The notes under the pieces: generated by a model
Database searches by the model: none
What the model was told of the DNA's origin: nothing
Seen by the model: the letters and a program-made list of their open reading frames with translations, nothing else
Program-made: the position numbers and the translations under genes
Shown: positions 15,957 to 23,212 of the stretch, piece by piece
Layout of the letters: each line of letters opens with the position of its first letter
Numbering within the stretch: the stretch's first letter is position 1
Assembly: GCA_043813605.1 (NCBI GenBank)
Contig: JBDRKX010000069.1
Location: forward strand, 1 to 23,212
DNA from: Elusimicrobiota bacterium
Lineage (GTDB): Bacteria; CG03; SLGR01; JBDRKX01
DNA: 23,212 nt
Reading direction: 5' to 3'

Positions 15957-17364
15957 TCTTCAGCCTTTCCCGGGCCTTATTGTTTGACGGAGCGTCTTTT
16001 ATTACTTTTTCGTAAGCGCTGATTGCCTCATCGTAATTCTCAAAGCCCATCATCGTTTCTCCAATGTAAAAATATAGTTGTGCATCGGTAGGATCAAAGC
16101 CTGAATTATTTTCTTTATCCATGTTCAATTCAAGCGCAGTTTTAAAACAATTATATGCAGTTTCTATTACTCCCTCTTTTAACAGCAGAACGCCATTATC
16201 ATAAAGTTGTTTTCTTCTAACAGCTATTCTGTTATTCTTTGACGGTTCTCGTGTTATTTTTAACTTTTTGTTTACAGGGACCTGTATCGTTTTTTCTTCT
16301 TCTACGGCTTTCGCCGCGATATTCATTACACGCGGGATCTCAACAACACCTGTGCCTGTTTTACCGGCCTTACTGATATGTATGTTTTTTATACCTATAA
16401 TCATGATGACCAGCAGCCCGGCAAAAACAAAAACCAATCTACTCCGGTAAAATAGTGATTTATTGTTATATACCGAACCGTTTTCACCGGTGATACGCAG
16501 ACAGTAACTTTTTTTCCGGTAGATAAATTCTACTTTTTTCATTATTATACGCCGGAGAGAGATATCCATTCTGAATATTTTCCAGCCCTTATCAGCTGCC
16601 GGATCATTGATCCGGTCATATATTTTTTCAATATAACTTTTAATATAATCCGGCTTGATCGCATCCAGAACCATACTATCCGGATTTTTTAATCTGTTAT
16701 ATACAGTGCCCCTGAATATATTATCACCATCAATTTTTGTTATATCTTTATCTTTTAGCTTAAGCGGTGACAATATACCCTTAAAACACTGCGGTGAATA
16801 CACAGTTCTATAGCATTCGTACGTAACTGTTTTTCCTGTGCCTTCACAGGCAGGACAATGCCGGGTTCTTCTCCGTATTTTTTTTATCTTTCCCGAACAT
16901 ACCCTGCAATTCATGATCCTTTCAGATCCGGGAACTATTTTTTCTGATTCTTTTCCTTCCTCAAAACCGCGGGGAGGAGCTCTGTACGGCAATACATGCA
17001 ATGATACCGGGACGTATTCAGCCGATACATCTTCTCCCCTGTATACACGCATTCCGCTATTCAGTGACCTTTTGACAAATAGAACACTGATTTCAAACAG
17101 ATAATTCTGTTCCGATATAACCTTATTTATACTGCTTTGCTCTCCGGGATCAAAGCGGGATATCCTTTTTTTCCCGGCCCAGAACGCCAGATTTTTCCGG
17201 ATACCGGATATGTCTTTAGCAGAAATATTTTTGTTTACTATATACTCTTTCTTATTTAAAAATTCTTTCCTGGTAATTTCTATTCCTGTCTTGATCTTTT
17301 TGCGTATTTCCTTGTCAAAAATAATATTATCGTAAGAGCGGGATATAATCCGGTCTTTCTTCAT
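15919..17364 (-). CDS. Membrane-anchored protein with zinc-ribbon (CxxCxG...CxxCxGxG) and C-terminal TPR repeats
   Basis: CRVCSGKIKKIRRRTRHCPACEGTGKT; TM LVFVFAGLLVIMIIGI; TPR-like AYNCFKTALELN...YDEAISAYEKVIKDAP. Confidence 0.55.
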   Translation of the reverse strand: MKKDRIISRSYDNIIFDKEIRKKIKTGIEITRKEFLNKKEYIVNKNISAKDISGIRKNLAFWAGKKRISRFDPGEQSSINKVISEQNYLFEISVLFVKRSLNSGMRVYRGEDVSAEYVPVSLHVLPYRAPPRGFEEGKESEKIVPGSERIMNCRVCSGKIKKIRRRTRHCPACEGTGKTVTYECYRTVYSPQCFKGILSPLKLKDKDITKIDGDNIFRGTVYNRLKNPDSMVLDAIKPDYIKSYIEKIYDRINDPAADKGWKIFRMDISLRRIIMKKVEFIYRKKSYCLRITGENGSVYNNKSLFYRSRLVFVFAGLLVIMIIGIKNIHISKAGKTGTGVVEIPRVMNIAAKAVEEEKTIQVPVNKKLKITREPSKNNRIAVRRKQLYDNGVLLLKEGVIETAYNCFKTALELNMDKENNSGFDPTDAQLYFYIGETMMGFENYDEAISAYEKVIKDAPSNNKARERLKNARILKNMYERK

Positions 17365-17374
17365 GTTATTTATG

Positions 17375-19132
17375 TCAATCCATCCCGGCCCATTCAGCCT
17401 GCTGCTTTAGCTGCTTAAGGAGAGTTATCGCTTCGCCGGAGTTCACCTCTACAGTACCTGTCCACCCGAGATCCTCATCTATTATTATTTCCAGACCGTG
17501 TATCCCGGCAGAAACACCTTCTATTACCAGCGGTGTTGCGCCGGCTTCAGCTTTATCCAGATATACCAAAGCGCTGCTCGGTACAGAATAAACTTTAATA
17601 ATACCTGTTTTCATCTTCTTGAGATCAGCTGAAACTGTATACGCCGCGAAACTTTTAACAGTAACGTTTTTTTCAAAAGATTCATACCCTTCTTTTTCAA
17701 TTCTGATATCATGTATTCCGGCAGATACTCTTTCAATAAATAAAGGCGCTGCTAATCCGACAAATTCTGAATCGATATAGACCCGCGCGTCAAGCGGAGA
17801 TGACGTGACCAGAAGCGACCCGTCTTCCTCTGAAATATCAATAGTGATCTCCTCAACATCTCCCGGAAACACTTCAACTTCTTTGCTGCTGGACTTATAT
17901 CCCTTTTTTTTAACAGCGATCTCATATACACCGACAAATAAATTTTCGATTTTACAGGGCGACAACCCGTGAAATTCATTATTTATGTATACATCTGCTT
18001 TTTTCGTATTCGTTTTTATTTTTAACCCTCCCTTCTGCGCCTCCAGTTTGACATCGGTCCTTGTTACTGACCCTTCTGATATCCTGACCGCCTGGTTATA
18101 TACTTTGTATTTATCATTTATGATTGATATGTTATGAATACCAACGGGTATATGATGCATATCGACATCCGTCCTGCCGTAATGCTCTCCGTTAATATAT
18201 ATTTTTGCACCAAAAGGCACTGAAGTCACTGATAATGCGCCGTACTTTTTCTTTTCCGGCGGTTCACTGTTTAAATCTAAAAAATACCTTTCTTGTGGTT
18301 TCTCTGTCTTGAGCCAATCCGGCTCCAAGACATCCTTGTTGATGGATATATGACTGGCAAAGACATTTTCCTTTATTTTGTTGTCAGTTATGTATACGCT
18401 TACAACGATATCCTCTCCCTGAACCCTGTAAGTCCCGCTTAAAACACATGAATCCTGCAATGAACCGGCCACAGCTATATTTTCAGCCGCGATCCTTACC
18501 TTGATGTCATTCTCCAGGATATTACTGAAAAAATACCTGCCCTGGCTTATCAGTTCCGTAAATTCACCTACCAGTATTTGCCTGATATTGTTTTTCTGAA
18601 GCCTTAACAGGACTTCATCGCATAAAATATCTATTTTTTCTTCATAATCATTAAGAGCCAGATGTATTCTTTCTTTTTCTTTTTCTATTTCAATCTTTGA
18701 ATAACGCGCAAGTATATAAACACTGAATAATTTATTCTTCTTGTCCTGTTCGCAGTACATTTCTTTTATAATTGTGCCCTGAACATTTGCTGAGGCGTAT
18801 AATTTAGTCTCCTCGGCCAGCTGATCTATCAACCTTGATTTTCTTGATATCAGTTTTAAAGATACCTTCATTCCCATATACTTGACTACCTGTTCAAGTA
18901 CATCCTGTGCGGCCGCTTCCCTCCCCTCTTCAATTGTTTTCTCATTAGTTTTTATTCCTACAAAATAGACATAATTATTATCGGGCAGCGGCGGTTTCGA
19001 GATCCATCCCGGTTTCTCACCTGTGGTATTGGAAACCGGATTTTTTGTTTCTGCAAAAACCCTGTTTAAGGAAATAATACTTATGCATATTACCGCCCCT
19101 TTGATTATTTTTATAATATATTTGTATTCCAT
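17375..19132 (-). CDS. Secreted LPP20-like N-domain protein with four C-terminal PEGA domains
   Basis: Signal peptide MEYKYIIKIIKGAVICISIISLNRVFA. LPP20-like motif KPGWISKPP...YVYFVGI. Four repeats of the PEGA pattern (VTSVPFGAKIYINGEHYG; KTNTKKADVYINNEFHG; VTSSPLDARVYIDSEFVG; VYSVPSSALVYLDKAEAG). Confidence 0.7.
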   Translation of the reverse strand: MEYKYIIKIIKGAVICISIISLNRVFAETKNPVSNTTGEKPGWISKPPLPDNNYVYFVGIKTNEKTIEEGREAAAQDVLEQVVKYMGMKVSLKLISRKSRLIDQLAEETKLYASANVQGTIIKEMYCEQDKKNKLFSVYILARYSKIEIEKEKERIHLALNDYEEKIDILCDEVLLRLQKNNIRQILVGEFTELISQGRYFFSNILENDIKVRIAAENIAVAGSLQDSCVLSGTYRVQGEDIVVSVYITDNKIKENVFASHISINKDVLEPDWLKTEKPQERYFLDLNSEPPEKKKYGALSVTSVPFGAKIYINGEHYGRTDVDMHHIPVGIHNISIINDKYKVYNQAVRISEGSVTRTDVKLEAQKGGLKIKTNTKKADVYINNEFHGLSPCKIENLFVGVYEIAVKKKGYKSSSKEVEVFPGDVEEITIDISEEDGSLLVTSSPLDARVYIDSEFVGLAAPLFIERVSAGIHDIRIEKEGYESFEKNVTVKSFAAYTVSADLKKMKTGIIKVYSVPSSALVYLDKAEAGATPLVIEGVSAGIHGLEIIIDEDLGWTGTVEVNSGEAITLLKQLKQQAEWAGMD

Positions 19133-19205
19133 AAGATTTCCTTTAAGGGCTTCATCCTGCTTCTTTTCAATGCCTCCTGAATCATATTTAATTTTGAATA
19201 TTTAA

Positions 19206-19802
19206 CTAATCTTCAAGTTTCTCAAGCAGCTTTACCGCTGCCAGTTCCGCATCCTTATCCAGCTGTTTTCTTGCTTTTGAAGCCAGTCCTTTTATAGCCA
19301 TTTTTCTGCCTGTCTTATAATCACTTTCAGGGAGCTTGAGTAATGCCGAACAATTAAAGAAATATCTCACTCCTGATTCAGTAATCTCTTCGACCTTCTC
19401 GTAATAGTATTCTATAGGGAAGAGCCCGCTGATATTTATGTTATCCGCTACCATTGCAATACCGTCCTGCACGAACCTGCCCAGATCTTCTGTTGAAAGA
19501 TTTACTCCCCGGGTATTTTCAATAAATTCTGTTCTTGCTTTTGTTTGAATTGATTCAGCGACATTCTTCATCGCTTCCGCTTTTGCCTGACGGAGTCCGA
19601 CAGCGTAATCTCCTACACCTTTAACTGTGCCGCTGAAATACATCATCTCTTTTTTCTCATAAAACGGCACCTGCAGCCATTCAGGCTGCTGTATGGCGCT
19701 TTTCTCGACGATCCTTTGAGAGCCTACTTTCAGCGGGACTCCCGCGCATCCGCTAAAAAGCACCAGCGCAGTCAACATAAATAAACAAGAAATACTTTTC
19801 AT
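19206..19802 (-). CDS. LPP20-family lipoprotein
   Basis: Lipobox LFSGC after the signal peptide. PEWLQVP...YFSGTVKGVGDYA...AKAEAMKNVAE matches the LPP20 pattern. RBS GGAGA lies upstream. Confidence 0.7.
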   Translation of the reverse strand: MKSISCLFMLTALVLFSGCAGVPLKVGSQRIVEKSAIQQPEWLQVPFYEKKEMMYFSGTVKGVGDYAVGLRQAKAEAMKNVAESIQTKARTEFIENTRGVNLSTEDLGRFVQDGIAMVADNINISGLFPIEYYYEKVEEITESGVRYFFNCSALLKLPESDYKTGRKMAIKGLASKARKQLDKDAELAAVKLLEKLED

Positions 19803-19826
19803 CCTACATCTCCTTAATCTTTCTCT

Positions 19827-22124
19827 TCATTTGACTATTCCCGTATTCTCCTTTGCCATACTTCCGAAGGTCTCACATGCCCCTTCGACAAATATTTTTA
19901 ATTCCGCGAGTTCAAACGGTTTTTCCAGATATGATGCTCCAAGATCCCGGCATACCTGCCGGATCTTATCGGTTCCAAAACCCGTCAAAATCATCACCTC
20001 AATATTTTTTCCCATTTTTTTGATCTGTTTTAATACATGTATGCCGTTCATAAAACCGGGCATCCTTATATCAATGATCGCTATTGACACGTTATTGCTT
20101 TTAATGATTTCGACGGCCTCTCTGCCGTTTGAAGCTAAAAGCGTATTAAATCCTCTCCCATCAAAATATTTGCTTAAAACATTCTTTATACCTTTCTCAT
20201 CATCCGCTATAAGGATATCCACGTCTCTATTTGCCGTTTTCCCGCCGCCGGATAATTGGCCGTTTTTTGAATTTGACGGCTCCGGCGTATACGACGGCAC
20301 CATTAGAAGTAATTTATTAAAAAAAGAATTACTGTTTTCTTCTTCTATTGTTCTTTTCAACTCTCTGAAATCCCTGTAAATATTCCTTATAGAAGTTTTC
20401 CCCGGCTCTACTTTAAATATTTTTTCATGCTCTGTTTCGGTTATCTTCTCATCGTCACCGATCAGAGCCTCATGCATTTTTTCTCCCGGGCGTAATCCTG
20501 TGATCCTGATCTTTATATCACTGCCGGGTTCTTTTCCTGAAAGCCTTATCAGGTCTCTGGCTATATCGATTATCTTTTCCTGTTTCCCCATTTCCAGCAC
20601 GAATATCTCCCCTCCGTCACCCATAAAACCCGCTTCGATCACCAATCCGGATGCTTCGGGGATAGTCATGAAATATCTTTTTATTTCAGGATCCGTTACT
20701 GTTACCGGCCCGCCGTTTTCTATCTGTTTTTTAAATGTCGGGATAACGCTTCCCTGGCTTCCCATTACATTACCGAACCTTACAACCATGAACTTGGTCC
20801 CGTTTATGCCCGCCATTGCAATAACATATGTTTCTGCGATCTTTTTTGAAACGCCCATTACGCTGGTAGGCGCTACCGCTTTATCCGTAGAGAGCATTAT
20901 AAACCGCTCGACCCCGGACCTCACAGCCTCCTCTGCCATTATTTTTGTCCCGAACACATTATTCTTGATCGCCTCCATAGGATTTGACTCCATTAACGGG
21001 ACATGTTTATGCGCCGCGGCATGAAACACGATATCCGGCTTATGCTTTTTATAAATTTCTGCTACTCTTTTCCTGTCGCACATATCACCGATTACAGGTA
21101 CTTTTTTAAGATCTATAAAAGACTGCCCCAGTTCCATATCTATATGGAATAATGGATTTTCCGATTTCTCAAAAAGTATCAGTTCATCCGGATGCAGCCT
21201 GGCAACCTGACGGCATAATTCCGAACCTATTGAACCTCCGGCGCCCGTTATCAGGACCTTTTTGCCCTTTATATAGCTGCGGGCTTTTTCCGCATCAATC
21301 ACCACCTCATCCCTGTTGAGCAGATCTTCGATCCTGACCTCGCGCAGTTCTCTTACTTTGATCGTACCGTCAACCACCGCTGAAAGGTTTGGAACAGTCC
21401 TGTATTTTGCGCCGCTCTTTATGCAATAGTTCACTATATCCCTCATTTGTCCGGGAGAAAGTTTTGGTATGGCTATAACTATTTCCTCAATATTATTGTC
21501 CCTTACGATATCCGGGATATCTGTTCTTTTTCCCATGACCTCAACTTCATGTATCCTTTTTCCTGTTTTTCCCGCATCGTCATCAATCAATCCGATAACC
21601 TCGTAACTATGCCTGTAGTGGTACAACATCTCCCTGAGCAGCATCTCGCCCGCGTCTCCTGCGCCTACGATCAGGATCTTCTTTTTCTTACCGTTTTTGG
21701 CGCCTTCCTTAAACCTGTACGGCCTGGTCAGACGGATAACGAACCTTATGCCGCTCAATGTAACAATGAGTAAAAGCCAGTCAATTATGAATACTGACCG
21801 GGGATGCCCCGGATAAAACGCCATTGCCGCTGCCGCATTAACTATCGAGCTGATGCTGACGGCCTTTATTATCTGTATAAGATCCTTTATGCTGGCATAC
21901 TGCCGAATGCCCCTATTAAGCCTGAAATACGCCACAGCTGCCATCCTCACGATCACCATCAACGGCAGCGCGCCTATCATGATCTTGAAATATCCTGCGG
22001 GTAATGCCCCGTCAAACCTTATCAAGTATGCGGTTATGTAACAGGCGGCAATAGCGACAACGTCAACGACATGAATTAACTTTTCATGCCAGTCTGTTTT
22101 TATCCTGTATAAATCGATATTCAC
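19827..22124 (-). CDS. CapD/PglF/WbpM-like membrane polysaccharide biosynthesis dehydratase fused to C-terminal receiver (REC) domain
   Basis: Four N-terminal TM helices. Two Rossmann motifs KILIVGAGDAGE and KVLITGAGGSIGSEL. Catalytic region STDKAVAPTSVMGVSK. C-terminus DILIADDEKGIKNVL...IAIIDIRMPGFMNG...LEKPF is a REC domain. Confidence 0.85.
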   Translation of the reverse strand: MNIDLYRIKTDWHEKLIHVVDVVAIAACYITAYLIRFDGALPAGYFKIMIGALPLMVIVRMAAVAYFRLNRGIRQYASIKDLIQIIKAVSISSIVNAAAAMAFYPGHPRSVFIIDWLLLIVTLSGIRFVIRLTRPYRFKEGAKNGKKKKILIVGAGDAGEMLLREMLYHYRHSYEVIGLIDDDAGKTGKRIHEVEVMGKRTDIPDIVRDNNIEEIVIAIPKLSPGQMRDIVNYCIKSGAKYRTVPNLSAVVDGTIKVRELREVRIEDLLNRDEVVIDAEKARSYIKGKKVLITGAGGSIGSELCRQVARLHPDELILFEKSENPLFHIDMELGQSFIDLKKVPVIGDMCDRKRVAEIYKKHKPDIVFHAAAHKHVPLMESNPMEAIKNNVFGTKIMAEEAVRSGVERFIMLSTDKAVAPTSVMGVSKKIAETYVIAMAGINGTKFMVVRFGNVMGSQGSVIPTFKKQIENGGPVTVTDPEIKRYFMTIPEASGLVIEAGFMGDGGEIFVLEMGKQEKIIDIARDLIRLSGKEPGSDIKIRITGLRPGEKMHEALIGDDEKITETEHEKIFKVEPGKTSIRNIYRDFRELKRTIEEENSNSFFNKLLLMVPSYTPEPSNSKNGQLSGGGKTANRDVDILIADDEKGIKNVLSKYFDGRGFNTLLASNGREAVEIIKSNNVSIAIIDIRMPGFMNGIHVLKQIKKMGKNIEVMILTGFGTDKIRQVCRDLGASYLEKPFELAELKIFVEGACETFGSMAKENTGIVK

Positions 22125-23212
22125 CTTTCTCTCCTTAATACACTTTTACTGTCACACCATTTATGTATCCTTTCTATGGCCCGGCAAACCTTACGTACTG
22201 CGCTTTCTTCCATATCCCCGTACAGCGGAAGCGCCAGCCCCTCGCTGGAAGCTCTTTCGGTTACAGGCAGATCGCCCCTGTATTTCAGTCCCTGCCTGCG
22301 GTATGCCTTCTGCATATGCACTGCCGGATAAAAGTATTTTTTTGTCTGTATATTTTCAGCATTGAGAGCGGCATACAGGTTATCTCTGCTCATACCGAAC
22401 TTTTCTTCGTCAACAAATATGGCCATATAGTTTCCGGAAGTGCTGCTGCCTTCAAGCACTTCCTGGAAACTGATCCCGTCAATAAAACTCAAAAAGTCTT
22501 TATATATATCGATCAGCCTGCGTCTCGTTCTCAGGTGCTTCCCTATGTTCTCCAGGTTTTTTAAACCGACAAGAGCATGTATTTCACTCATCCTTGCGCT
22601 CAGACCCGGGAAGTCGATATCGCTGCCGCTGTCGTTTTTCCCGTAATCACGGGCGCTCTTTAAAAAACAGGCGAGTTTATCATCATTAGTTGTGATCAGC
22701 CCGCCCTCAAGAGCCGTAAGGCATTTTGTCGGGCTTAAACTGAAAACCTCGCAATTTCCGAATCCTCCGGCGCTTTTCCCCTGATACCGCGCCCCGAACC
22801 CCTGAGCGGAATCAAAGATCAGTTTCAGATCATGCTTCCGGGCGATCTCCTCGAGTTCCTTCATCTCTGGAGGATTACCGAAAACATATACAGGCATGAT
22901 AGCCGATGTACTGCCGGTGATCTTTTCTTCTATTTTATCTGCATCCATGTTATAGGTCTTTTGTTCACAATCGGTAAAAACCGGTTTTATATTATTCCAG
23001 GCAAGAGAATGTACGGTTGCCGTGAATGTAAAACTGGGCACGATAACTTCACCGCTCAAACCCAGCCCCATAACGGCAAGAATAAGCCCGCTTGTCGCGC
23101 TCGAAACAGCTACAGCATGTTCAACCCCCAGGTATTCAGCGCTCGCTTCTTCCAATTTTCTTACGTAATCACCCGAAGTAACCCTTCCTGATATAAATAT
23201 CTTTTTAATTTC
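22121..23212 (-). CDS. DegT/DnrJ/EryC1/StrS-family PLP-dependent sugar aminotransferase; 5' end beyond window
   Basis: SATSGL, DSAQGFGARYQGK (Schiff-base Lys region), FSLSPTKCL. The frame stays open past the ATG at 23155 to the window edge (EIKKIFISGRVTSGDYVRKLEEASAEY). The 4-nt overlap with the downstream CapD-like gene suggests coupling. Confidence 0.85.
   Translation of the reverse strand, partial: EIKKIFISGRVTSGDYVRKLEEASAEYLGVEHAVAVSSATSGLILAVMGLGLSGEVIVPSFTFTATVHSLAWNNIKPVFTDCEQKTYNMDADKIEEKITGSTSAIMPVYVFGNPPEMKELEEIARKHDLKLIFDSAQGFGARYQGKSAGGFGNCEVFSLSPTKCLTALEGGLITTNDDKLACFLKSARDYGKNDSGSDIDFPGLSARMSEIHALVGLKNLENIGKHLRTRRRLIDIYKDFLSFIDGISFQEVLEGSSTSGNYMAIFVDEEKFGMSRDNLYAALNAENIQTKKYFYPAVHMQKAYRRQGLKYRGDLPVTERASSEGLALPLYGDMEESAVRKVCRAIERIHKWCDSKSVLRRER

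Noticed and set aside
1-23212. Archaeal origin of the whole locus, suggested by the Cdc48/VAT-like and Get3-like genes and the gvp content
   Set aside because: Peptidoglycan lytic transglycosylase, lipobox lipoproteins, BY-kinase/Wzz-type co-polymerase and a canonical -35/-10 promoter point to a bacterium. The archaeal-type genes are better explained as acquired components.
1-23212. CRISPR arrays, tRNA/rRNA genes, IS elements or integrases
   Set aside because: No regularly spaced short direct repeats, no cloverleaf-compatible conserved tRNA motifs noticed, no transposase- or integrase-like ORFs. The only repeat found is the 150-bp gvpG tandem duplication.

Overview
AT-rich 23.2 kb window in which every credible gene is on the minus strand (transcription runs from high to low coordinates). 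The centre of the window (about 800-13060) is a complete gas-vesicle (gvp) cluster. It starts with a consensus sigma70-type promoter that drives gvpA. Downstream of gvpA come three paralogous alpha-helical repeat proteins (one with a strict 33-residue repeat, a candidate GvpC analogue), then gvpN, an Hsp20/GvpH-like protein, gvpG, four GvpF/L-family paralogues and a GvpJ-GvpK fusion. Embedded in the same tightly packed array is an unusual proteostasis module. It comprises a Cdc48/VCP-like double-ring AAA+ ATPase, an ArsA/Get3-like ATPase carrying a Get3-type CxxC motif, a GvpF/L-like protein with a C-terminal J-domain (HPD motif) and separate DnaJ-type CxxCxGxG zinc-finger repeat proteins. Further in the transcription direction, at the low-coordinate end (1-514), lies an SLT-domain lytic transglycosylase that runs off the window. 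Upstream in the transcription direction (13290-23212) lie polysaccharide-biosynthesis genes, two of which carry C-terminal receiver (REC) domains: a DegT-type aminotransferase (5' partial), a CapD/PglF-like dehydratase plus REC, and a Wzc-like co-polymerase with a degenerate P-loop plus REC. The same stretch holds a stand-alone CheY-like receiver, two LPP20-like lipoproteins (one with four PEGA domains) and a zinc-ribbon/TPR membrane protein. No rRNA, tRNA, CRISPR array or obvious mobile element was found. All homology calls rest on motif recognition by eye and need HMM or BLAST confirmation.
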